Shown: positions 23,800 through 37,500, counted from the first letter of the stretch. The stretch is 64,000 nucleotides of DNA from Octopus sinensis (GCF_006345805.1 NW_021833013.1:29671-93670), one strand, 5' to 3'. Notes: a model not told the origin generated them from the sequence alone. Numbers and translations are program-made.

Positions 23800-24152
23800 A
23801 ATACCAGCAGATGACAACGTGTCTCTAAAAGAAATGGAGAAACTTTCAAAATACAAAGACCTGGAAATAGAGGTAACCAGAATGTGGAATCTAAAAACAG
23901 AATCAATTCCTATCATAGTAGGTGCATTAGGCATGATAAAAAAATATTCAGACAAATACATAACAAAAACACCAGGACTTACAAACACATATAACATACA
24001 GAAAATTACACTACTAGGCACTGCACACATTCTACGCAGAACACTTTCCATACAATAACCATCAGAGCATCACAACAAATCACAGCACATACCCAAGGCA
24101 CACAGAGCTGCGCTCGGTAGTGAAGTGAAAGCACGCTATAAAAATAAAACTA

Positions 24153-24156
<4 letters not shown>
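23800..24156 (+). mobile_element. 3' end of an R4/Dong-like non-LTR retrotransposon (restriction-like endonuclease domain)
   Basis: IPADDNVSLKEMEKLSKYKDLEIEVTRMWNLKTESIPIIVGALG...TAHILRRTLS; (TAA)n on both flanks. Confidence 0.8.
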
Positions 24157-24192
<36 letters not shown>

Positions 24193-24245
24193 GTTTCAGA
24201 TTTTGTCACAAAGTTCTTAATTTATCAACTCCGAAAGGAATTTAA

Positions 24246-24464
24246 CCCTTTAGTGTTCAGATTATTCAATCAAACATAATGCCTCTTGATTCCCATTGAT
24301 TTTAATTAATCATGCATTATCTCATATCTTCAAGATCTTGATGGTGTAATTACTTAATGTAGAATAACATTGTAGGGTAGGTGTGAGGGCCTGGATCTGG
24401 TTAGTTTGAACATAAAACAGATTAACTATTTTGGCCTGATATGGCCGGTTTAAATACTAAAGGG
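24246..24464. mobile_element. piggyBac-like MITE (family 1)
   Basis: Same TIRs and TTAA flanks; internal sequence nearly identical to 1256-1464. Confidence 0.85.
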
Positions 24465-24546
24465 TTAAACATATTGGGCATATTTAAAGGGTTGCTGTTC
24501 TCTCATCATCACCACATCCAAACCAATAATAATAATAATAATAATA

Positions 24547-25090
24547 AACCAGGCAGTGGCTCTCATGGCTTCTGATCTTTACTGATTCGAAGTGTTATCA
24601 CGTACATTGTTTTGTCTTGGTATAAAAGATGGACTACAGCAAATATTCTGCTCAATACCACAGATTTGCTTGTCAGTTGTTTGACCTTAACCAGTTGAGC
24701 ATGTCCCTTAGTGGCTGACGATATGTGCATCTCTGATCACAAGCAGAAGTAGTGGGGGAGCATCATAGCTATGTGTTGAGAGGGATTCTTTGGGGTTTGA
24801 ATAATTCACCTCTGGAAATATGGGTGTTTCGTTCAACATCCTTAAACAACCCTTACTCAGGGACCTTTTGAGCAGGATGGGCTACTCGACCAGAAGAAGA
24901 TTCTAACTGGGCCCCACCTGCAAGGTCATGTGCTGTTTATCTTGATATGAGATCACCATGTCGCGCACATATGGTTGTGATGCATGTGCTTAGTGTACCC
25001 TTATCAGACGGGTAGTCAAGATGGGTTTACTGGGCTTCGTATATTTTACCCCAATGTCACTTTGATGGCATGAACTGCTCTCTCACTCAA
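24547..25090 (+). mobile_element. Retroposon/LINE 3' region with (TAA)n tail; shorter related copy at ~39950-40205
   Basis: Both copies end ...GTCACTTTGATGGCATG...CACTCAATAATAAT and differ in 5' extent. Confidence 0.65.
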
Positions 25091-25526
25091 TAATAATAAT
25101 AATAATAATAGTCCTTTCTACTCTAGGCACAAGGCCTGAAATTTGGGAGGTGGGCGAGAGTCAATTACATTGACCCTGAAATGTTGAAAAAAAAGGTGGG
25201 CCTCGGTGGAATTTGAACTCAGAACGTAAGGACGGGCGAAATACCACTAAGCATTAAGCGTAGCGTGCTAACAGTTCTGCTAGCTCACCACCTCAATATG
25301 ATAATAACAGTAATTAATAATGATAGACTAATTATAATAGATTAGTAAAATATATAAAAAATTAAAAATACCTACTAACATCAACCTTGAACTGAGTTTG
25401 TGGGGAGGGAGGTCCAAAATCTGACAAGACAAAAATGCCCTGCCCCTCTTGATTATTTGTGGCCTCCTTCCCCCTCCCCTCCCCCATACTTTTTAACCAA
25501 CCGAAACCTGCTTTCTTTTCTCTCAG

Positions 25527-25613
25527 TGACTGGCCTATTGCTGACCAGCGTGCTGACAGGGTCAGCTAGTGCACCTGACCTAGTGACCGCTTATCGAGTG
25601 CAAAATGAAGAGG
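25527..25613 (+). CDS. Internal coding exon (phase 1-1, 87 bp), same gene
   Basis: Acceptor ctttcttttctctcAG|, donor G|GTACGT; frame (V)TGLLLTSVLTGSASAPDLVTAYRVQNEE(G); phase matches 6994 and 35386. Confidence 0.75.
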
Positions 25614-27432
25614 GTACGTTGTTATTTATCCGCAAAAAAAATTTTTTAAAAATAATAATTAAAAAAAAAACTGTTTGTGTGTCCCACGTCCCCCACACCT
25701 CGTCCAGCTGCTGTCTTCTCTTTCAGTCTGGCCGCCGCCTCCTTCCTCCTTCTGCTGTGTTTGCTCTTGTTGTCCATTCTTGCACCACTGCCACCAACAC
25801 TCCACCACCCTCCTGCTTGCTCTTCCCTCCTCTTCTGCTTTTCACTGCTTTCTCTTCCTCTTTTTCTTGACAAAAAAAAAAAATACAATAAAGAAACACC
25901 CCAGCTACAACCTTTTTGTATGTTCCCTGCCTGATCTTGCTCCCTTTTTTTTGTTCCCCTTCTTTCTTCCAGCTCCATCCAACCTCCACTGCTTCTTTTC
26001 ACTTTTCTTTCTCCTATTCGGTCTGTTCCTCCGGCCTTTCTTTTAGCTTTCCTTTACCACGGTTTGTCATACTACTACTACTACTATGTCTCACTGCCAC
26101 CACCGCCGCCGCCGCCACCACCACCACCATTGTTGTCTTCTGGGCTTGACTGTTTCGGCAGCGGAGTGGAGTTCAGGGGTTTGGACAGGAGGGAGAGGGT
26201 TCTCCGCCTCCTTTCTATAACGGTTGTGGTCAAACAACAACTTCTATATTTTTTTGCCAAAGCCTTCCGCATTGTCCAGCCGGTCAAGTGCTCCTTCCCA
26301 TCCAGGCCGACCAAAGCCTTGTGAATGGATTTGGTAGATGGAAACTGTAAGAAGCCCATCATATATATACTCTTTTACCTCTTTCAGTCATTTGACTGTG
26401 GCCGTGCTGTGGCACCGCCTTTTAGTCGAGCAAATCGACCCTGGGACTTATTCTTTGTGAGCCTAGTACTTATTCTATCGGTCTCTTTTGCCGAACCACT
26501 ACATTATGGAGACGTAAACACACCAGCATCGGTTGTCAAGCAATGTTGGGGTGACAAACACAGACACACAAACACGCACACTTGTATATATATATGCATA
26601 TATACGATGGGCTTCTTTCAGTTTCCATCTACCAAATCCACTCACAAGGCTTTGGTCAGCCCAAGGCTATAGCAGAAAACACTTGCCCAAGGTGCCACGC
26701 AGTGGGACTGAATCCAGAACCATGTGGTTGGTACTTATTCTAATGGTCTCCTTTGCCAAACTGCTAAGTTATGGAGACATAAACACACCATCACCAGTTG
26801 TCATGTGATGCCAGGGGTGGGGTGGATACACACACACATCATCATCATTTAATGTCCATTTTCCATGCTTGCATGGGTTGGACGGTTTTGACTGAGGGCT
26901 GGCAACCAGATGGGTGCACCAGGCTCCAGTCTTGATCTGGCAGAGTTTCCTCAGCTGGATGCCCTTCCTAACGCCTATATATATATATATATATATGGTG
27001 AGCTTCTTCCAGTTGTTTCTGTGGAGCCCAATGCTCAGAAGGTGCTCTTTATGTGCCACTAACATGGGTGCCAGCTACGTGACGCAGGCGTCAGCCATGA
27101 CTCCTATTTCCGAGTTGACCTGTCCTCGGAATATTCTCCCAAACGGTGACAGTGTGTATTGTAACGTTTCCTGCCCAGCAAATCAGCTGCTGGCTTTGCA
27201 CCTTGAAAAGTGTGTAAAATAAGGGACCTCACCTTCCCCACCCTCACTTGAAAAGGAAAAAAAGAAAAAAGAAGCAGAAAACAGGTTTTTTTTTTTTAAA
27301 GGTATTAATAACTGAAAAGGCATCTGGCTGCAAGTTGTTAAACTAGACTTCAATAAAACCTTCATCTAACCCATGCTGACATGAGAAAATAGATGTAAAA
27401 ATGAACTAATGAACACACACGCATGAACATAT

Positions 27433-27474
<42 letters not shown>

Positions 27475-27484
<10 letters not shown>

Positions 27485-27864
27485 TAAAGCTGAAGTTGTT
27501 TGTGTGTGGCAGGTTTGGTAGCCTTCAACTAACACTATCTCCTCTGAGACCCTGCAACATAAGTTGACCAAAATTGAGAGTATGATAGAAGAAGGCTTGC
27601 TCTTCATTCTGTAGAAGATAAATTTCAAATTGGACCATGTTAACACCCAAAATTATTTACATAAAAAAAGGTGCTTTTTTTCTATGAAAATCCCTATTTT
27701 TTACGATTTTTTTACTGCTCTGTCACCATTTTTCGGTGTATTTCAACCTGAAAAATGTCCACTTAAAGAGAATAACAAGGTATATAATGCAAAATTTTTA
27801 CTTTTCAAAAATTCCAATTCTAAAGGGTCGAAACAAACCCGAGCAACGCCGGGCGATACTGCTA

Positions 27865-27865
<1 letters not shown>
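27475..27865 (+). mobile_element. Non-autonomous Helitron
   Basis: 3' hairpin CCCG-agcaacgc-CGGG (27838-27853), then CTAG (27862-27865) followed by T. The 5' boundary in the TA tract is approximate. Confidence 0.6.
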
Positions 27866-27907
<42 letters not shown>

Positions 27908-28664
27908 ATATATATATGGTGCTTTTACGTGTCACCGGCACGGGGGCCAGGCGAGGCTGTGAAACAAAACCAAAACAGGTGGAGCCAATGCTCAGAAGGT
28001 TCTCTTTATGTGTATCTGTAGGGGCCGGGCATGGCTGTCTGTTAAGGAACTTGCTTCCCAGCCACGTGATTCCAGGTTCTCTCTTTCTCTCTATTAGGAT
28101 CTCACCAAGCGTGTTGCCCCTGCCGTGCATTGAACCAGCCATGGGCTAAAATAATGGTGTGGGGTGGGGTGGAGGAGGAGAATGTTTCAGTTTTGTTTTC
28201 AGGTTTGATTTAAGGTGCATGGGCCTTTTCTTTCCACCTTCCATATATCTGTGTTTTAAATATAGTTTATATCTGTGTGTGTGTGTGTGTGTGTATGCAT
28301 ATATATGTGTATGTATATGCATATATGTGTTTATGTATATGTGTGTGTGTGTGTATTTGTATGTATATGTATATATATATATGTGTATATATGTATGTAT
28401 ATATATGTATGCGCATATATATATGTGTATATATGTATGTATATATATGTAAGCGCATATGTATATATATGTATGTGTGTATATATACATACACATACAA
28501 ATATACACACATATGTATATGCATATATGTGTTTATGTATATGCGTGTGTGTGTATATTTGTATGTGTATGTATATATATGTGCGTGTATATATATATGT
28601 ATGTATGTATATATATGTATGCGCATATATATATGTATATATATGTATGTGTGTATCTATACAT

Positions 28665-28863
28665 AAGGACATCATGCTCGGAATGGTCAGTGGCAAGAGA
28701 GGAAGAGGCCGACCAAGAACCCGCTGGCTTGACACCATCAGGAGTGATACCGGAATGGACATAGCCAGTCTGAAGGAAGCGGCCCAGGATAGAACTGACT
28801 GGAGGACACTGATCCAACGAGTGACTGAGAGTCGACTTCGACTGAACGGATAGAGAGAGAGAG
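28665..28863 (+). mobile_element. 3' end of an RTE-clade LINE
   Basis: KDIMLGMVSGKRGRGRPRTRWLDTIRSDTG...AAQDRTDWR...VTESRLRLNG stop, followed by (GA)n. Confidence 0.85.
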
Positions 28864-28870
28864 TATATAT

Positions 28871-28901
<31 letters not shown>

Positions 28902-28939
28902 TGGTGGTGGTTGTCTACTCCTTGAGCAGTGATTCACCA

Positions 28940-29205
28940 CCTCCTGTACCTACAACTTAGCATTGTCATGGCATCTGATGTGGCTTTTTAAACCAGACAA
29001 TGTATTGGAAAGACACCCACGTAGATCGTATAACCGTTTTGGACCACCAAGAGCTGCAGTGAAGTTCTGATCTTTGTGGATCTTAAAATGGCTTTTTGAG
29101 GCCTCCATTTCGAATACAGATCTTATGGCACACACGGCATTGAAAGGTGTGCACAAACATAGGCAGAATAGTTCCAAGGAACTGCACACCCCCAGCATCT
29201 ATCTG
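28940..29205 (-). mobile_element. Decayed fragment with two C2H2-like fingers, probably a LINE C-terminus
   Basis: FQCRVCHKIC..GGLKSHFKIH (across a frameshift) and TLSGLKSHIRCH. Confidence 0.45.
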
Positions 29206-29485
29206 CACATGTGTGTGTGTGTGTATATATATATATATGTATATATATATATGTAAGGCGAGCTGGCAGAAACGTTAGCACGCTGGGCGAGATGCTTAGC
29301 GGTATTTCGTCTGTGTTACGTTCTGAGTTCAAATTCCGCCGAGGTCGACTTTGCCTTTCATCGTTTCAGGGTCGATAAATAAAGTACCAGTTACGCACTG
29401 GGGTCGATGTAATCGACTTAATCCATTTGTCTGTCCTTGTTTGTCCCCTCTATGTTTAGCCCCTTGTGGACAATAAATATATATG

Positions 29486-29564
<79 letters not shown>

Positions 29565-30014
29565 TATAGAAAATATGTGTGTGTGTGTGTAGCTAATGTG
29601 TTGTTTTGTGATGGTAAAATCAACAACAAAAAGTACTGCATCTGGTGAGAGATTAATATCATTTAATAGACACAATCCATGTTTTTATGTGCTACTCGTA
29701 GTTTCTTGTGCTGAGGATATGCCAAACAATGTTTTGTAACACCTCTGACCTCTTGGCACAGTCATCGGGCATAACCCATGAATATGGGAATATCTTGTAA
29801 TTGGAGGGTCGTTAATGACAAAGTTATTTTATTAAATTCTTCATTATTTTTAAAACTGAAGCAAAGCCCATTTGTTTCCAAAAATTAATTAATCATCAAA
29901 CTAGTTTTCCTTCAGAGTTTTGCTTTGTATGAGAAATAGTCTTCATTAGTTTTCCTCTCTCTGCTGGCTTTGGTGAAAGGTATACGTCTTAGCGGAATTG
30001 TCTGTGAGGTTTAA

Positions 30015-30612
30015 CCCTTCAGCATTTAAACCAGTCATACCTGGCTCAAATGTTCTATTTGTTTTACTCTTTTACTTGTTTCAGTCATTTGACTGCGGCC
30101 ATGCTGGAGCACCGCCTCTAGTCGAGCAAATTGACTCCGGGACTTATTCTTTGTAAGCCCAGTACTTGTTCTATCGGTCTCTTTTGCTGAACCGCTAAGT
30201 GACAGGGACGTAAACACACCAGCATCGGTTGTCAAGCAATGGTAGGGGGACAAACACATACATATATATATATGTACACATATATGACAGGCTTCTTTCA
30301 GTTTCCGTCTACCAAATCCACTCACAAGGCATTGGTCGGCCCGGGGCTATAGCAGAAGACACTTGCCTAAGATGCCACGCAGTGGGACTGAATCCGGAAC
30401 CTTGTGGTTGGTTAGCAAGCTACTTACCATACAGCCACTCCTGCGCCTCAAACTGGCCACATTTGACCCCTTGCATGCATCTTACACAGTCTTTCTAAGA
30501 ATAAACAATCACACCATTGAAATCTCAAAGCCATGGAGCAATGCAGGATTTATTCAAAGAAATGTGAACAGATAGGCATCACATTTGACAGAGAAATCAG
30601 ATGGCTAAAGGC
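30015..30612. mobile_element. Diverged piggyBac-like MITE interrupted by a CORE-SINE (~30066-30447)
   Basis: TTAA|CCCTTCAG left end; reverse-orientation MITE sequence resumes at ~30448 and ends with a degenerate GCTAAAGG. Confidence 0.55.
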
Positions 30613-31114
30613 TTTAAGTATTCTTCAGTATTATCACTTATGCATTCCTTTCCTTCTTGGGACACAAAACTCCACTTGTGAAGACCCGTTGAGGCAAGTG
30701 AAAATCAAAATCAAAATCTATCAACATCAATGGAATTTGTAGCTGTGATACCAGTGCCGGTGGCACATAAGAGAACCATCCGAACGTAGCCGTAGCCAGC
30801 GCCGCCCGACTGGCCTCCGTGTCGGTGGCACGTAAAAAGCACCATCTGACCGTGGCCATTGCCAGCTTCATCTGGTCCCTGTGCTGGTGGCACGTAAAAA
30901 GCACCATCCGATTGTGGATGTCTGCCAGCCCTGTCTGGCACCTGTGCAGGTGGCACGTAAAAAGCACCTACTACACTCACGGAGTGGTTGGCGTTGAAAC
31001 ACTGCCAGATCAGACTGGGCCTGGTGCAGCCTTCTGGCTTCGCAGACCCCAGTTGAACCGTCCAACCTATGCTAGCATGGAAAGCGGACGCTAAATGATG
31101 ATGATGATGATGAT

Positions 31115-31545
31115 TTTACTTCTGACTTTTGGCACTTAAACTGGCCATATCTGGCTCAATTGTTCTACTCCCTTTTATGCTCAGACTGGCCACATTTGAC
31201 CACACACGTTTCCCCTACAATGTCATTCTCAACTTATACAATCACATCCGTATGATTGATTCAAACCATTGTGAATGAATAAGCATCACATTTGACAAAA
31301 TAATATGAATTTTAAAGGGTTAACCCTTTAGGGTTCAGATTACTCTGTTAAATGTAATATTTTTTTTACTCAAATTGTTTTTAATTAATCCTGCATTATC
31401 TCATAGCTTTTGAGGTTTCAGTGATGTGATTGTTTGTTTTTAGAATGTCAATGTAGGTTAGGTGTGAGAGGCCAGATATTGCCAGTTTGGATATAAAACA
31501 TATAGAATATTTGGGCCGGATTTGGCCAGTTTAAACACTAAAGGG
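31115..31545. mobile_element. Two adjacent related piggyBac-like MITEs sharing one TTAA (31320-31323)
   Basis: ...AAAGGG TTAA CCCTTTAG...; second copy 31324-31545 ends CTAAAGGG|TTAA. Confidence 0.7.
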
Positions 31546-32889
31546 TTAAAGCGGCGAGCTGGCAGAAATGTTAGCGTGCCGGGCAAGATGCTTAGCGGTA
31601 TTTTGTCTGCCGCTACATTCTGAGTTCAAATTCCGCCGAGGTCGACTTTGCCTTTCATCCTTTCGGAGTCGATAAATTAAGTACCAGTTACGCACTGGGG
31701 TCGATGTAATCGACTTAATCCGTTTGTCTGTCCTTGTTTGTCCCCTCTGTGTTTAGCCCCTTGTGGGTAGTAAAGAAATAGGTTAAAGATAAGTACCGTC
31801 CTCTCTGGCCAAGCTCTCGTTCACTTTTATGAGGGCAACTTGAAGAGAATGTGGATGGTAGAGAATAAGGGGCTGCTGACGCTCGCAGTTTGGGTGTGTT
31901 TAGCAAAGGAAACGTTTCCCATGAAAGACTGGGGACGAAGCATTTCTCTTGTATGACTGTGATGCTGTTGACGACCGCCACTTCTTGTCTAGACAAGAGT
32001 AAAGAGCCCTTTCGGTCATGAAATGACCATGGGATTGCACCTAGAAAGTTCCCCCTCTGAGGTGCAAGTCTATGCAAGGTTGTTTATGGAAGACCAGCGG
32101 TTGCCCATGTGTACCAGCCCTTCCCTTCTTCCATGTCACTGATATATCAAAGGGAAAGGCAAAAGGCCCCTGATACAGCTTGGCCCTTGGGATGCGGTAG
32201 CTCATTTCTGCAGAGGAGTGAACTTGCGCAACATGAAATAAAGTGTCTTGCTCAAGGAGACAATCACTATCTCATGAGTGTGAGCCTGGCACTCTAACCA
32301 CTGAACCGTGCACCTTCACAAATGTCTAGACAAGGGCTCACATGGGCCCCTTTCAATTTTCATCTACCGAATCCATTCACAAAACTTTGGTCCACCCTGA
32401 GCTTTAGCAGAAGGCACAGCCCAAGGAGCTGTGCAGTGGGACTGATCCCCAGACCTCATGGTCGGAAAACGGGGTTCTTAACCACACAGCCATGTCTGCC
32501 CCCTATGTAGTGGAAGCAGTAAGACTAACAGGACTGATTGGGGTCTTCTTTGAGTATGCTTTTTCTTTTTATGCAGCAAGAGAGGAGAGCCAGGCCCTTT
32601 TTTTTTTTTGTGGGTTGGGGCAGATCCCTGATTTTCCCCAAAATGGTCTTCCCCACTTTTCTTTTTTCTCATTGGGTTTTAGTTTTTCTGTTTTACTTTT
32701 GGTTATGCTCCTTTTGTTCAATGTAATCCCCAAACTGCTCCCGTCCCCTACTGTCATGCCTCTCTTCTCCTCATTGTCTTGGGCCCCTGTGTGGCCAGTG
32801 AAAGAAATAACAATTATTACCATTGTTGTTGTTATCAATATTTATAATTATTATTATGGCCTTGGCCCAAAATTTCAAACTGTCATTGT

Positions 32890-32984
32890 TGTTGTCATTT
32901 TATTATTGTTGTTGTTGTTATTGTTATTATTATTGTTATTATTATTACTATTATTATTACTATTATTATTATTTATTATTATTA

Positions 32985-33016
<32 letters not shown>

Positions 33017-33775
33017 TTATTATCGTTATTATCATCATCATTATTATTAATATTATTATTGTTATTATTATCATTATATTATCATTATTATTATCATATT
33101 ATTATCATCATCATTATTATTATTATTATTATATTGTTCGTTGTCAGCCTCGGCTGGCCCCCGTGCCGGTGACACGTAAAAGCACCGTCCGTTTGCGAGC
33201 TCTGTCTGGCCCCGTGTCGGTGGCACGTAAAAGCACCATCCGTTCGTGTCCGTTGCCAGCATCGCCTGGCCCCGTGCCGGTGACACGTAAAAGCACCATC
33301 CGTTCGTGGCCGTTCGCCAGCTCTGTCTGGCACCTGTGCGGGTGGCACGTAAAAAAACACCCACTACACTCGCGGAGTGGTTGGCATTAGGAAGGGCATC
33401 CAGCCGTAGAAACACTGCCAGATCTGACTGGGCCTGACGAAGCCTTCCAGCTTCACAGACCCCAGTTGACCCGTCCAACCCATGCTAGCATGGAAGGCGG
33501 ATGCTAAATGATGATGATGATTGTTATTATTATCATTATCATTATTATTATTATCATTATCATTATTATCATCATCATTATTATCATCATCATTATATTA
33601 TGATTATCGTTATTATTATTATCATTATTATCATTATTATTATTATTATCATTATTATCATTATTATTATGATTATCATATTATTATTATCATTATCATC
33701 ATCATCATTATTATTGTTATTATTATTATTGTTATTGTTATTATTATTATTTTGTATAGTTATGAGTTGTTATTG
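32890..33775. repeat. (TTA)/(TCA) microsatellite split by a family C insert
   Basis: Direct inspection. Confidence 0.9.
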
Positions 33776-34406
33776 TTGTTCTGATAATTCGTAGCTGCAT
33801 ATTTGACATTGCGGTCATCTTGCATGTTGTTGCATTCAATGTTTTTCATTTTTTTTGTTTTTTGGTTTGTTTTCCATTGTTTTGAATCTTAAGAACTAAC
33901 AGATTCACATACACACAGAGTATATATTTCCATAGGTAAGTGTGTGTGTGCGTGTGTGTGTGTCTACATACACCTCTTTCCATATCTGTATTGCTTTTGT
34001 TTCTGTTTACTTTGGCACCCAATCTGCTGAACTCCAAAGATGACAGCACTTTTAATGCTCTTTCACTATTTTCAATCAATCAGTCAACCGGTTGAGTAAA
34101 CAGAACTATGAATGCACCCAAAATTCTAATCAGAAACGACTGTAAGTCTGTGGTGCACAAATAAACGAATCCTCTTATTTATGACCTTTCTTTTTTGTTT
34201 TTGTCTATCACTCTGTGACAACCTACCATATTTAACTTGGTTTTATACCTACGGATTTACAAAGTCAACTGGAGACAGACTTCACCTTCAGATCTCCCTT
34301 TTGGATTACCTATAGTTCGGCACCAATCAGAAAAGCATCTGTTAGCCTGATGTACTTGTATTAGCAGAGAACTTTAATATTTTGTCCAGACTAATATCCC
34401 TGTGTA

Positions 34407-34795
34407 GTGGAGGCGCAATGGCCCAGTGGTTAGGGCAGCGGACTCGCGGTCATAGGAGAGCGGTTTCGATTCCCAGACCGGGCGTTGTGAGTGTTTATTG
34501 AGCGAAAACGCCTAAAAGCTCCACGAGGCTCCGGCAGGGGATGGTGGTGATCCCTGCTGTACTCTTTCACCACAGCTTTCTCTCACTCTTACTTCCTGTT
34601 TCTGTTGTACCTGTATTTCAAAGGGCCGGCCTTGTCACTCTCTGTGTCACGCTGAATATCCCCCGAGAACTACGTTAAGGGTGCACGTGTCTGTGGAGTG
34701 CTCAGCCACTTACATGTTAATTTCACGAGCAGGCTGTTCCGTTGATCGGATCAACCGGAACCCTCGTCGTCGTAACCGACGGAGTGCTTCCATCC
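34407..34795 (+). mobile_element. tRNA-derived SINE (family E), full length
   Basis: Nearly identical to 10876-11264; 11-bp TSD ATCCCTGTGTA (34396-34406, 34796-34806). Confidence 0.9.
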
Positions 34796-35385
34796 ATCCC
34801 TGTGTAACATGGTTCTTGTCCCGGGGTTGCAGTGGTTATCTCTTATTTTCTTGCCCTCTGAAAGTATGAAAAAGGGATAATATCTCCTACAAAGTTTGCT
34901 TTGTTACAGTATTTATTCATACCCTAAAAGAATCCCTCTCAACACATGGTGTTCCCCAGATATTCCTGCTCATCATCAGAGACGCACATATCGTCAACCA
35001 CTAAGGGATATGCTCAAGTGGTTTAAAGTCAAGCTACTGACAAACAAAATTGTGGTATTGAACAGAATATTTGCTATAACAATATTTCTGCTTCAGCAAT
35101 TCAGCCCTGAATCTGCCTGGAATGTAATGGAAAACAGGTCAGTTTGAAAACATTGATGTCCAGGTGACAAAAGCAAAGTGTGAAGGGAATAGTAGTCATT
35201 TCCTTTCATTTCTAGATAGAAGCAAATAGGAAATAACATTTCTTGATGCTAAACAAATAGAAGAATATAAATGAAAATTTTGCTACGTAGTGCAATCTCT
35301 GATTTATAGCTCTGATATTTAGATTTATATATTAGGTGTTTATTCCACCATTAATCAGCTGCATCCTTCCTGGGTTTCTTTGCAG

Positions 35386-35586
35386 GTATTGAAGGTTACA
35401 CGATGGTGCCGTCAGTACGAGCCCTGGAGACACTTCACAATGCCCTTACGCTCAGCGATGTCAATAGTTTCTTGCAGAAAGCCATGTCAATAGGCTTCAA
35501 CACCCCAGCTTCGTCGCCGCCCAATGAAGCCTCCCTATCATCTTCCCAGAGGCCTTCAATTGTACCCTTGGGTGTCCTACACAAAG
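35386..35586 (+). CDS. Internal coding exon (phase 1-1, 201 bp), same gene
   Basis: Acceptor tttctttgcAG|, donor AAG|GTAAGG; frame (G)IEGYTMVPSVRALETLHNALTLSDVNSFLQKAMSIGFNTPASSPPNEASLSSSQRPSIVPLGVLHK. Confidence 0.85.
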
Positions 35587-35816
35587 GTAAGGGGTCTATT
35601 TTGTATTGGTTCATTTGACTGAACCAAAAAAAAAAGAAAAATAGAAAACAAGTCTTTGATGAATATGGGTCAATTATTTTACCCGTGTACTTGCTGTTGA
35701 AGAGGGCTTATTTTGTAGGTGTGTGTGTATAAATATATATTCAATTCAGTGTTGTGCACTCATTCTCACTGTTCAACATTTACGTGTATATCTGTATACA
35801 CACATACATATGCATT

Positions 35817-35852
<36 letters not shown>

Positions 35853-35878
35853 CATACACACATATATATATATATAGA

Positions 35879-36071
35879 TATAATCAAAAATAAGCAACAA
35901 GAATGAATCCGGTAATTTAGTACAATTGTTTCATACTACAACATTTTATTAAAACGAAGATTACTCGGCATCTTAAATCTGCTGTAATATTTACAGCTTT
36001 CAATAAAATGTTGTAGTATGAAACAATTGTACTAAATTACCGGATTCATTCTGTTGCTTATTTTGATTATA
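35879..36071. repeat. Inverted repeat, ~70-bp arms, ~50-bp spacer
   Basis: Arms 35879-35950 and 36002-36071. Confidence 0.9.
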
Positions 36072-36163
36072 ATCACCCCGCATATTTTTATGGTAACACC
36101 ATAAAAAATTCTGGTGCATCTAAATTAAGTGACATATTCATTTATATATATGGTTCCGGGTTC

Positions 36164-36227
<64 letters not shown>

Positions 36228-37500
36228 GAACAAACTTACTTAGAAATGGATGTGTGCGTTCTGTTGTGTAATAACAAATTAATAAATAAAACATATGCAT
36301 ATATACATACTTATATGTACGTACCTACCTCTACATGTATATATACATGCATATATGGGTACAGGACACCAAAAAAAAATCGAACACAATGAGAAACGAA
36401 AACATAAACACAAAACCAAGGAACTGGACATTTTTTTTAAACAAAGAAAAAATGGAGTCCAGGACAAACAATACAAGGAAAATTCCCCTGCTTCAGCCGC
36501 CATGGTTTCATCTACTCTGTGTTTCGAAGATGATACACATACATGCATTGATATATCAGGCTGTCCCATAAGTAACGTCCAGACTTCTATATTTTCAATC
36601 TATAAACGCTTTAACAGTATTGTAGAATGTCTGATGGCACCAAGTAATATTTGTATTTATTTAGACATACTCTTTTACTTGTTTCAGTCATTTGACTGCG
36701 GCCATGCTGGAGCACCGCCTTTAGTCGAGCAAATCGACCCCGGGACTTATTCTTTGTAAGCCCAGTACTTATTCTATCGTTCTCTTTTGCCAAACCGCTA
36801 AGTGATGGGGACGTAAACACACCAGCATCGGTTATCAAGCAATGCTAGGGGGACAAACTAAGACACACAAACATACATGCACACACATATATATATATAC
36901 ATATATACGACGGGCTTCTTTCAGTTTCCGTCTACCAAATCCACTCACAAGGCTTTGGTCGGCCCGAGGCTATAGTAGAAGACACTTGCCCAAGGTGCCA
37001 TGCAGTGGGACTGAACCCGGAACCATGTGGTTGGTAAACCAGCTACTTACCACACAGCCACTCCTGCGCCCATATATGTATAAATACATGCATATATGGG
37101 TACAGGATACCAAAAAAAAATGCTGAACACAATGAAAACACAAACACAAAAACACAGAAACTAACCTTTTTCCGAACAACATAAAAACACCCCCAGAGAA
37201 ACGAGACACGCAACATAAAGAATATCCCCCTTCTTCAGTTGTCCCTGTTTCAACTATTCCACATTTCTAAGGCAAGGACAAGATGCGACTTCATTGAAAC
37301 AGTCCTTCCCGCAAAGCAAATTAAATGAAATTTGGGATTTTTTGTGGAGGGGTAAAAGTGTTAACAAGAACAGGACAGTGAGAACAAAACAGTAAAAGCA
37401 AACGGTGAGGGCTAAGCCCCTAGTTCCATGCCGTGGGAATGAACCTGAAGCGATTTCATTGGGAAGCAAATTTTTTTTACCTATACAGCCAAGCCAAACA

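Noticed and set aside
26130-26320. Protein-like frames on both strands
   Set aside because: No splice sites or recognisable motif; merges into a SINE fragment; cannot be supported.
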